DNA of 64,000 nt from Dipteris shenzhenensis (lineage: Eukaryota), in assembly GCA_047967505.1 (NCBI GenBank), contig CM106538.1; one strand, written 5' to 3'. Below are positions 53,100 through 64,000 of the stretch, piece after piece. The first letter of the stretch is position 1. Every line of letters begins with the position of its first letter. Position numbers and translations under genes: made by a program. A model generated the notes under the pieces. That model did no database searches and was not told where the DNA came from. It was given only the letters and a program-made list of their open reading frames with translations.

Positions 53100-56000
53100 C
53101 AATACAAGTCTATGAGGCCAAATCGGGTAATTGTAAGACTAAACCTTTGATGCACCTAGACTTGTTTGTGGGTGTGCTTGCCTAGTGGTTGAGGCTAGGG
53201 TAGATGCTTGGAGGGTGCACTACTAAGAAACCCTATGTATCACATGCATTCAAGGGGTATTAAAAAAACCACTCAGCTAAAATTTTCTTCCCAATAAAAA
53301 TACCCTTCTTTACTTATGAACTAAGTGATTTTTTTCTAAAGTTGAATTAAAAAACCCCTCTTGTTATTGTAACTCTGTTAAATTTTTTCAAAAAATAGAA
53401 TTAAAATACCCCTCCTTTTGAATGCACCTGGTAGACTAAAATTTTGTGAGGTGAACCCCCCGAGGGTAGATGAGTGAGGGCTAGTGTCATGGGTGTGCCC
53501 ACCCCTCTTGTGAGGCTTAGGTAGAGTCGAGTTTGGCATGGCTCATGGCATAGGTTGGGGCCCTCTGGGTCTATTGGCATGATACCCTATGCTAGAGGGT
53601 TGTTGGTCATGTATGGAGATGTTTAGGGCCTTCCAAAGGCCTTCTTTGCTGCCATGGGGAAGCCTCTTCTAAGGCACCATGGATGGGCTTGTGTAGGGGC
53701 AAAGTTGGCCACCCTTTTGGGGCAAATAGCCCAACCTGCAGATTGGCTATCTAGCAGAGGTGGGCTGACTTCTTGGTTAGCCACCTAGGCTAGAGTGCAT
53801 CCCCTTATAGGGCAAGTGGAGGCCAAACCCTAGTGGGCCTGATATAGGGGCCAAGAGGAGTAGTCGACCATGTAGCAAATAGGGGTCGGCCCCCCCAAGG
53901 GCTGGGTTGATTTTTCTAGGGTAGGGGGTCGGCTATATGCCCCCCTGCTGGTCGGTTGGTTGAGGTTGGGTATGACCCTATAGATAGGTCCCACTCCCCT
54001 CATTTGTTATCATCTCCTCAAGTGGTTTTTGCCCAATGATATAGAGGTCTTTTTACAGGAGATCACTTGTGCAATCTCTCTCCCTCTTTTTGCTTGTGTG
54101 CATTTCTTTGCTGAGTGCTCTCTCACCCATATTGTGTCCATTCCGCTGTGCACTCTCACATGGTGTTAGAGCATGATTGGATCAGGATCATAGAGGGATG
54201 GCAAGGTCGTAGAGCTAGCAAGCTATGCAAAGCTATAGGCTAGGAGTACAAGGTGTTTTTAAGGTGGATCTTGGGGAGGATTTGTGAGGGAGACATGGGG
54301 TGTTTTAGGTTAAAAGGGGGTGGTAAAGAGGCTGCTATTTTTGTCTAGAAACCTCTTCTTTTTCCATCCTATATCCTCCATCATCTTATAGATCTATGCA
54401 GATCAGTAGAGTGTGATGTTTAAGGCAAGATTAATTGAGCAATGAACTATTTGGGAGTGTTAGAGATTGAGACGCCTAGTGATTCAGAGGATCTTAGTTT
54501 GAGGAGATCCAGAGGTGGGACAAGAGGTTGGAGTTGCTGTAGATTTCCCTCTCCAACAACCTTGACAGCCCCTTCACTTCTCTTCTTGCCTATATCTCTT
54601 TCTCTCAGTATTCTTCCCATCCCCTCTCCATATTCTCTCCTATGTTTTCCACATGGCTACCCTAGAAGAGATGGTAGAGAACAACATGAGAATTCCAATG
54701 TTGCCCACATTCTTAGTTGATTAGCAGTTGGATGAGCTCAATTATAGTGTCTGGCAGGTGATGATGGGGTCTGTGTTATAGTCATATCACATGGAATATT
54801 TCATCTTGATAGGTGTTGCCCGACCAAACCCCCTGATAAAAGACCTTGGCATCCTGGAGCAAAAGGAGGCCGAGACCCTGTCTCAGCTTTGGGACTGTGT
54901 TGATGCCAAGGTAAGATCATTTATATTTCTTAAGTGTACTCCTCAGGTGATTAATCATGTGAAGCACATGACAATGGCCAAAAGTATATGGGACCATTTG
55001 GCATCCATGTATAACCAAACCTCTCTTGTGAAGAGGGTTTCATTGGAGGTCGAGATGAGGTTGTTGGATCCCAAGAAGTCTTCATTGATGCGAGACCACA
55101 TTAACAAGTTACAGGAACTTTAGGAGGAGATCCTCTAGCTGGGGAATCAAATTTCATAATAGGACATGGCCATAACTCTTTTGTCCTAGTTATCCTCTTA
55201 GTACAAGGCCTTCTATTCATCCTTGGTCACTAGTGGTAGGGTGAATGAGCTGACTTGGGAGGAATTGGTCCCCATGGTCTTGACTAGGAGGAGCACTTCG
55301 TTGATCATACCTATGAAAATCAGCTTGAGGCTTTGATAGTTGATCAAAAAGGTAGAAAGTAGTTGACAATTGACAACTAAGGAACGAGAAGCTCTGAAGG
55401 CATCCCATATATGTAACTGATGTCGCCAGAGAGGTCATTATTGGCATCAATGTCCCCAATGGAACATAGAGGGATCCAATAACCAATTGGCCAATAGTGT
55501 TATTACTACAATGATGTATACTCATGCCTTCTAGTAGCATGGGAAGGCGCTACTAGTAGGCTTTCTGGCTCCAAATGGAGGATTTTTTACTTGTTTGTGG
55601 CAACATGACCTACCAATCAAGCACAACAGGAGGGGAGCCCTTTATTGAGGCAAGCTTTCAGGCATAGAACCTCGAGCCACACAGATTTGTTCCCACTGAC
55701 TCAGGTGGTAGTATGTTATTTATATGTATTTCGTTTAGACGTTATGACCTAGTAGATCCAGAGGGGGTCTCCTAGTGTTCTACTATAGGTATTATCTGAT
55801 GCTACTAGAGATCCAGATGGGTCAGTAGATCGCCAGTGCAGGAACCCAAACATAGTTGATTGATCATTGTGAGCTGTTACATACCCATTGATAAGAGGGT
55901 GCTATATAGCTTTGAGATACATGTGCCCATGCAGGGAAGAAGATCTTGGATTGGAGGTAGTATCAGTTGGATTATTGCTCTAGGATCCTTTATTGAAGTC

Positions 56001-56280
56001 ATGTACTAGGACCAATAGTTGGATCGTTGTACCAGATGACCCAGTGTACCATTACCAAATTAGAGGAGTGTACCTAGCATCTATGGCCTAGGAGAAATAG
56101 TTCCAGGTTTCCAGTAATTGTGCTGAGGTGGCTCATGCCCTGAGGGGGCTTCTTAGATAGTACTTGTGGCAATCTTCAGTGGTGGAGAATCACAAAATAG
56201 GTTCCTCTAGTTGTTCCAATGGCACACCCAGATCCTTGGCATCTCTGTTCCATCCAAGAGCTAAGAGGGGTTGTTAGAGG
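53100..56280 (+). mobile_element. Decayed Ty1/Copia remnant (LTR-like region, PBS, gag)
   Basis: Degenerate PBS TGGTGTTAGAGC at 54161-54172 after ...CACA; gag NYSVW...AKSIWDHLASMY...MRDHINKL at 54700-55290; knuckle CN*CRQRGHYWHQC at ~55413-55455; PPT-like AAGAGGGGG then TGTTAG at ~56260-56276. Outer limits are approximate. Confidence 0.7.
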
Positions 56281-56319
56281 TTAGCATCTCCTAATGTCAC
56301 CTAGAGAGAGGGCCTTGTT

Positions 56320-56880
56320 TGTGGTGGAAAGAATTAACTTCTTTTGTGCCAATGTGCATCATTTAATCCATGCTCTTTTAGCTAGAGTAGCACACTTGCA
56401 TGAGGCCCAATAGTTCCATAGAGACTTGTACCCTGATAACATCTTGCTTGATTTTACTCCAAATGGTGCATGTTGAGTTGGAATCATTGATTAGGGAATG
56501 GCACAAGACTTTTTAGAGGATCATAGAAAGGCCTTCAAAAATTGAATTAGTTGCAGGATGAGAGTGATAAAGAATGGGCGTTATTGTTTCGCCATCACGA
56601 GCAAGACCATGCTCGAAAACACTGGCTTGCACTAGAGTTATAAGTTTTTGCAAAACAAGGGAGATACGGTCCACAATTTGATGTGTTTCCCCTTGGTTGG
56701 ATTATCACTGAAATTGTGAGGTGTCCAGTTTTTATTTTACTCTAGGTATTGTCATGCCTCATGGTGCACTTTTGTGTGCCATGTCAACACACCTTGATCA
56801 TAAGACGATGGCAAAAAATCCATCGAGGAGGCTTACACCTCATGAGGCAATGCGGCAACTTAAGGTATTTGGTTGTAATA
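56320..56880 (+). pseudogene. Protein kinase pseudogene (C-lobe)
   Basis: VAHLHEAQ*FHRDLYPDNILL (HRD at 56417-56425) and IID*GMA; after a frameshift, WLALEL (APE-like), DVFPLGWII and NPSRRLTPHEAM. These are subdomains VIb, VII, VIII, IX and XI in order. Confidence 0.75.
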
Positions 56881-58023
56881 GAGAGTTGTCTATGCGGATC
56901 ATTGAAGGGATGGACCTTACTCTAAGCCTTATGAAGTAGTTAATTGTAATAGAAGGCAAATCATTTTAATTCATCTTTTGTTGCAATGATGAAACCGCCA
57001 TAAAGAAGAGGATAAGGTACTCATGAGTCCTAAGCCACTAATAGTACATGCAACCTTCTATGGAAAGGCCTTCTATGAATGCGGCAAAGCACCATGGTGT
57101 TTTTCAATTCTTATAATGACAAATACATGGAAGCAACTTATAAGTTTGGTACATATATAATTCATAAAGTTTCCAATCTTTAACATATAAAACCTCGAGA
57201 TGTGTGTATTTGGCAATAAATAATTGCTATATATTGTCATCAAATATTTTGTCAACTTGATTATCAAAAATTTATCTAGCTTGAACATCCATAGATATGG
57301 TTTTTGTAACATTTTGAAGGATATATGTCATTTATAAAAGCTCCCAATCTTTGATGAAGAAGCTCTATAAATGTTGTTCATTTTGGCTTGAACAAGCTCT
57401 TTGCATATTTTAAGTTACTTTGTTCACTGTTAGTCTTAAAACTTCGTGTGTAATGGCACACATGCTTTATCTTGTTTGCTATTTCTTTCCCTTACTTTTG
57501 GTATATATGCTTTGTCTTGTATACTCTTTGTTTCTGTTAGTCTTTTAGCACTATCACTAGGGCTCAAACGTTCATGTTGCCCAATAGTGCAAATGGTACC
57601 TCTCTTTCAAGTTCATAGATTTAAATAACACACACGATGCAGATATCTTATATTCTAAATCTCTCAGAGTTGCTCCAAAATGAATCTAAGACTCTCCATG
57701 CTAGATATAGTTGGTGGCCTCTCACCCTCGGTCATATTGCAGACTCTCATAAAGAATTCATCTATAATGCTTCTAATTTTACCAATTTGTGTTGGGACCT
57801 ACTCAACCCTTCCCTTGCTTTTTGCTTGGCCCCTACCACAGAAGCCATGCTCACTAGAAATCCTTACTACACATGTGTATAGAGAGCTTGAACATCTAAC
57901 TCTTCACTATTGAAGACAAAGAGCTGCCTTTGCCACAAGAGTATACACACATTAGTGTATGTTGCCTACCTACCCTACTTTCTATCCTACCAACTGCCTC
58001 TACTTTCTTACCTATCCACTCTA

Positions 58024-58278
58024 TGCATTTTTCATTTTTCAACTTACATGGAATGCAAATCATGCATGCATGGATGCTTCAGATCAACAAATGTCAACAT
58101 GTATGAATGCATTTTTCATTTTTCAATTTATATGGAATAAAAATATGCATGGATGCAACAAATCAATATCTTCTCAACATGTAGAATGCATTTTTCATTT
58201 TTCAATTTACATGGAATGCATGTAAATCATGCATATGCATGGATGCAACATATCAACAATTATCGAAATGTACGAATG
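58024..58278. repeat. Tandem repeat, 3 diverged copies of ~80 bp
   Basis: TGCATTTTTCATTTTTCAA..TACATGGAAT...GCATGGATGC units at ~58024, ~58108 and ~58187. Confidence 0.85.
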
Positions 58279-59159
58279 AAATAAACGCTAAATAAATCCT
58301 TTTGAAAAAGACCCTCTCAGTGAGGAGATCTAAGGGGAACTGGGTCTAGGACATGGTTCCATCTAGCCCCTTGTTCTATTCAGGAAACAAGACTAGGAAC
58401 CACTTCTTGAACCAATCCGCTCAATTAAGCTAACTCCTTAAAAAGAATCGAAAAGTAATACCCTCTTGTAAGGTCGTGGTACCATCTAACCCCTTTTCCT
58501 CAAAGCAAAGGCAACCTCCAGAACGGCTACCCCACGGCACTAAATAATGTTCTACCAATGAGTTGCTCCTCTACCAGAATCCAGATCCACCTACGCTCAG
58601 CTACAATGCTCAAACAGCTCCCACAGGCTCCAAACGAGCTATACAACTAGCCAGCTTCCAAAAGAAGATGCTGCAATACAGACAACGGACTACGAGCAGC
58701 AGACAACGTGCTTCATCAATGCCTTCATCTCATGGACTCCTAAAGGCCACAACAGCCTCGCATTCGATGCCCCAGAAACGACACAGCCTCAATGGCTGGC
58801 AGCAGACAACCTAGGATAACAGCACAGAGCCGACAACAACAAGGCTCCTCCAATGACACTCAACTAATTTCTCCATCAACCGGGTTTGACTGCCCGTGTG
58901 TTTCATGAAAAGCACAAGGACATGATGAAATCATTAACAAGGGATGACCTATTAGGTCATTAATAGCTTTAAAACAAAGCGGGTCTTCCAAACTCTGAGC
59001 CAAAACTTGAATCTAAACACTAGAGACCCTCTATTGAAAGCCTCTTTTCTCTATGTAATGTGCCCTGCATCGTGCTATGTTTTGAATTCAAGTGGCATTT
59101 TGTATGTTGTTGTATTAGGCTTCCCACATGCATCGTGTCAAAATTCCACTGCATCAATC

Positions 59160-60340
59160 AATGATGTAGGCATTCCTCGATCAATGCCACGAGAGGCTCA
59201 TTTGCATGGTTGAAGGAAAACTTTGTCCACGGCTCAGCAAAATAGGGATGAACAGAATCACCTGAAGTGAAGGAAGTTGATTTTTGGAGCTATTGAAGGT
59301 GCCCCTTGCCTCCACTTTTAAGCTCCAAACGTGGATGGAGGCAATATATGGGATTTGTCAAATGGTTTGCAAAACGTTTGTAGGTTAGTGATCCACACAA
59401 ATTTAGCTTTGTTTTGCTACTCCATTTTGCAGCAATCATCTTCCTGCATAAACAATAACATGTTGCTACTTGTAGAGCTCCAATGGAGGTATTTTTGCAA
59501 GAAATGAAAGCACTGGCATAGGAGCTCATGAGGCGATGATAAAGATGCTAGGACTGGGATATGAAGATAGCCAATGTTTCAAAGATGGGGCTTAGTGTAC
59601 ACATATTCGACATGGCCAAAGCCAAGACATCACAATGTTTACGATCATGCGAGAGACATAGGAGGTGAGAGGCCTACAATTATTTAAGGATGGGCAATGG
59701 GCAGAGTAGAGTTGCAAATCATAAGAAAGCTATCATGTAAGTGGATGAATTCCTTCCGCATTTGTGAAACCAAGCTAAACCTTTATGAGGATTTTTACAT
59801 CACATGTAGCTTTGATTTCTACTTCATTCATAGATGAGTTTCATTGGTAAAGGTGTCCTCTAACATGGTTCATCGAATTAGGACATTTTCCAAAACATTT
59901 TAGCAAGCCCGTGCTAGGAGTGCTGCGTATAATTCTGGTCGAATAGAACAATAACAGGTTGCTACTTGGATCTTGCCACACTGATAGAGTTCAAAGCTTC
60001 CTTGGCACCTATGAATTGGATTTGAGCCTCCAAACGATTGCTTTGCTTTTGACATAAACTTATTGGTTTCTTTTCGATCGGACATGTGGGGAATGGTTTT
60101 CCTTAAGCTTAAATATTCCCAGATAGAGCTATTGACCAGCCAGAAGCGTAGGGCCAGGATAATCAAAAGATTGCCACAGTATGGTTTTTCACATCGAGGA
60201 GAACAACATTAGCGGTTTCCTTTAGCTCCTAGAGGTGTTCCGGGTCCATACCGCAAGACTTGGTTTCATGAAGGCCTGCACAATACAATGGTGCTTCGAG
60301 ATTATAGAGCTCATAGGCCAATGATGGAGCCTCAACCAAT
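59160..60340 (+). pseudogene. Probable 2-oxoglutarate/Fe(II) dioxygenase pseudogene
   Basis: MEVFLQEMKALA*ELM, then QDITMFTIMRET*EVRGLQLFKDGQW (~59625-59700, resembling the GGLQV.KDG.W motif), a gtaagt donor at ~59737, and a later IELLT / KIATVWFF segment. Heavily degraded. Confidence 0.45.
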
Positions 60341-63300
60341 TGCAACATTGCTTCTTCTTACTATATATTAAGGAGGGAGGGAGGTTCTAATAATCAACGC
60401 GTCATGTGGAGGGAGGCAAAAGATTGCCACATGTCGTGTAGCTAGGATGCAAGCGGGGTGCATCTGCTGAGCACTGCTCTTCCCCAGGCGATTATACTCC
60501 AGCGCATGAAATTTGAATCCTCCTCTCCCCTGCCTATCAACTCCTACACTTCCCTGTGTTTGCCAGTCATCTCTTCGGCCTTTTTGCTCATTTGAATCCT
60601 CTAAGCACCCGTGCACTCAGGCTCCTTAGACGTCCTCCTCCAGTCAGGCTAGGCTCCAGAGTATGGACAGCCATCCCAAGCATTACAATGTGGGTCGTCA
60701 TCGCTACATCGGGCTTCTTTGCTTGTCTTTATTTCTTTGACCTCGCATAACTCTGTGTTCTTTTATGGAATCGGTTGTAATTTCTATGTGTAATGTGAAA
60801 GAGTCTCCTTGAGGCTCCCTCACCATTCGGGATGTTTCTCTACAGGAAAGATGTTGCTTTGTGGGTGCATTTTGTAGTGATGGCCAATGATTAGAGAGCT
60901 TTTTTTAATCTAAATTTTTTGGGTATTTTTGCACACCATCCCAAAGCATGCTTGCGTAGGAAGCTTTGGAGATACTGAATGTGGGAGGTACATACCTTTA
61001 TAATCTGTGATTAGAGAAGTCTAGGAATAGTCTTTCCGATCAACCAACGTATTGACAACTTGCCGATCATCAAAAACCTGCAGCCAACCTCCACGAATCA
61101 TTAGGTACTTCATAGATTTTTCTGTGTTTTGCACTTGAACAAGCTATAAGTTTGCAACCAAAGGTGCGGATGAGCAAGTTTTCAACCGATGTGTCGAGTG
61201 TTGTTGAACCTTTGCTAAATTGCGAGTGATTCTTTGTGGAGGGAGAGATAATTCATTTACCATTTTGAAGTGAGTGAACTTTGGAATTGAGTGAAAGAGT
61301 GATGGAGAGAAAGGGCTTTGTAATTCATCTACCATCGAAAGAGTCCTTTTTGGGCACGGATCCTATTTCTAGATCTGCAGAGGTAGGGAAGTATTGTGAG
61401 AGGCTACGCATGGATGGACTTCAAGATGGCCGGTTGCAAGGAGTTGTTGGGCGGCAAACACCTAAGTTGTTGGGCATTTACCATTTATTAAGCATTTGGC
61501 CTCGACCATGCTCTTAACAATTTACCACTGCTTTAGCATCTAGCCTCGGCCATGCTCTCAACAGCCTTCATGTGATTGGATCTCTATGTTTAGAACCCAA
61601 GTGGCCACCAAGGGTTTAAAGTACTCAGATCTCAGAGATGACTAGCTTTACTTCACAGGCCACATAGGGCCCGAAACTTTGAGTGTGGCGGCAATGTTTT
61701 TTGAAGCCACCGGATTCAGTCTAGCACATTTGTTCACCTCTTGCCTAGTTGGAGTGCCCATAGGGATTGCACTATATTGATATGAAATGCAATATAGAAA
61801 GTCCTATGGCCACCCTTTGCATCCATTTTTGGCCCTTCATCATCTCGAGTCATTTTGTGCAGGAGTGTTTTGCGGGACCTTGACAATTCTCATGTTAGAA
61901 CACATAAAAAATTAGGCGCTGCCCATTCTTAGGAGCTTCTTTCTTGAGGCTGAGGTCACCAAGAGGTATCTGTCTACCTTCGTCCTCCATATCAAAGCTT
62001 TTGAAGCATATGTGTTTGCCCACAAATGTACTTTTGGACAGATAGTGAATTGAAGAAGCTTGATGAAGTAAGAAGAAGATAAGTGCTCTTGCAAAGAGAG
62101 AGAGAGATTTGGCTAGAAATGAAGGCTGAAATAGGCCTAGGCAGATGGTGAACAAATGCAGCATGGAAGCAACTATCAGGTCAACAAGATTTGGGGCAAA
62201 AATGCTCAGCAAGTCATTGGTGAATTATAGATAGAAGTGCAAGAAAGCAATTCTGAAACCAAGACCTTGGTGTCTTGGTGAGGATGTTTGACCTTGAGAT
62301 GTGGTTGGATGAGGAGTCGAAAACTTTTGTGAAAGTGAAGGATATTGATGAGTGCTTGGAGTCATCCAGGTGCTAGCTAGTATGGCTAACATAGAGGAGG
62401 ATTCTTTGCCAGAACCTGTAGATTCCTTGACGTAGGAGGGGGCTACACATGGAAGCTGGGAGCTCAGTGCAAGCTCATGGTCTAGGTAATCTAGATTTAT
62501 TCTTAGGATTTGATTTCTCGAGTATGTTGTTTAGTTGTGGACTTGATAGACCCTAAGAGCATGGTGTTTGGAGAAACTCAAGCAGTTATCCTTTTAAGGG
62601 GACATTTGGAGGATGCTGGTGCCTAGAGTGCTAAAGTTCAAAGGTGGGTACGTGATTGAAGGATGTGGTGCCATCGGGTCCTACCAAAGATGGACTTGTG
62701 TACCAAGTTGGTTCGCTTCCACGGGACTAGACCTGCTGGAGCAGAAGCCATTGGTTAAAAGAGCAAGAAGTAATATAGACACCGCATTGTTCCAAGGGGC
62801 TACAACATGGGCACTGCGTTAGCATCTTCATCGATGAGTTGGGATATGAATGAGATGTGTCAGTAAGTGGGGGTGTTGGGAAATTCCTCCCCATCTATAA
62901 GCCTCCATATGAGGAGAGCATGGGGGAGGTGGACCTAGGGTTAGGGCTACCACATGGGCAGCTTATCGACGGCTATCATGTGGGTAGCAAACTCAAAGGG
63001 AATACAAAGAAGAGGGGGCTGCCACATCGGCAACATCTAGGCTGCCAGGTGGGAAGCATACAAGCAATCAAGAAAAGGAATATGGGGCTGTCCCATGGGT
63101 AGCACATAGGCTTCCATATGGACAACACAATCATAGACTTACCTGGCCATGAGTGGAGCTCTTGGTGGAGAGATTCTGTATGGAGCAAACATGTGACAAG
63201 GTGGAACTATTCACAATAATTCTGGGCAAGATCTGGAGCTTGGAACATGTTGACTAGAGAATGGAGGCCTATGCAAGACTGTGTGGACATCCTGGAGTAG

Positions 63301-64000
63301 TCAAGTTGAGATTGGATGGATTGGAAGAGCTGGTACAGCCCAGAAGTGCATGGATCTGTAGTTGCCTTCATGACAAGTGTCTGCAGCAGCATGTATGAGG
63401 CTGGTACAGTAGATCTAGGGCAAGATGTAGCACTGGTACAGATGTGAAATAGTAGGTAGAAGGCTGGAGCTGATAGGCGATTGGCAGGACTAGACCATGG
63501 GCTAGAGATCAGGGCTAAACAGATGCAACATGGGGGCGACTATCAGGTCGGCAGGATCTTTGGCAAAAATGCCTTGCAACAGGGCATTGGTGAATTATAG
63601 ATAGAAGTTCAAGTAAGTAATTGTGGCAAAGCAAAAATTCAAGTCACTTATATCATATAGATGGTCTTGCAGATGAAGAACCAGTACTGCGTGGTCATAG
63701 GCAAATACAACGTTGTCTTCTATGTCCCTTTGCCATGAGTAGTCTTTCTCTGTATGCATTTGAGGGTTGTAGTAGGTTAAGGACTAGATTCGAGATTGAG
63801 AGTAGTCGAAAAGAGGGTTGGACATGTGGGTATTATATGGGCTATCTTCACAAGGTGTACAGAGCTGTTGGAGGCTGAAAAGGCTAGGGAAATAGTTAGA
63901 ATAGGAGTGGATTGGCCAGGGTAGATGTGTGTCTCCATGGAGTAAAAGGTTGACTAGATTCAGGGATAGAATATGCTCTAGAAGAAGGTGACTAGGCTGC

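Noticed and set aside
62172-63622. ~80-bp diverged direct repeat (62172-62252 vs 63538-63622) as an LTR pair
   Set aside because: No TG...CA ends, PBS, PPT or TSD found; treated as unclassified repeat debris.

Overview
Eukaryotic, repeat-rich plant genomic DNA. The very long TE-filled intron and the TE mix suggest a large-genome non-flowering plant such as a fern, but that is inference. One host gene is visible: the last two exons (3913-4128 and 24855-25136, + strand) of a plant alpha-1,6-fucosyltransferase-like (GT23-like) protein, separated by a 20.7-kb intron full of transposons. The most notable object lies antisense inside that intron. It is a rolling-circle Helitron-like element whose Rep motif 2 (RYEIQNRGSLHAH) is of the Helitron2/Helentron (HLE2) type. 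It has a PIF1 helicase and, directly downstream, a 4-exon open gene (332 aa) ending in a GIY-YIG endonuclease domain that the ORF track only shows in pieces. Several co-oriented decayed orphan genes flank it, possibly within one ~13-kb element. The rest of the window holds an intact Ty1/Copia element (39942-45453, 5-bp TSD, 1455-aa ORF) nested in a decayed Ty3/Gypsy, other Gypsy/Copia remnants, a hAT-type MITE with an 8-bp TSD, a protein-kinase pseudogene, a probable 2OG-Fe(II) dioxygenase pseudogene, tandem repeats and microsatellites. All calls come from manual motif reading; no database searches were run.
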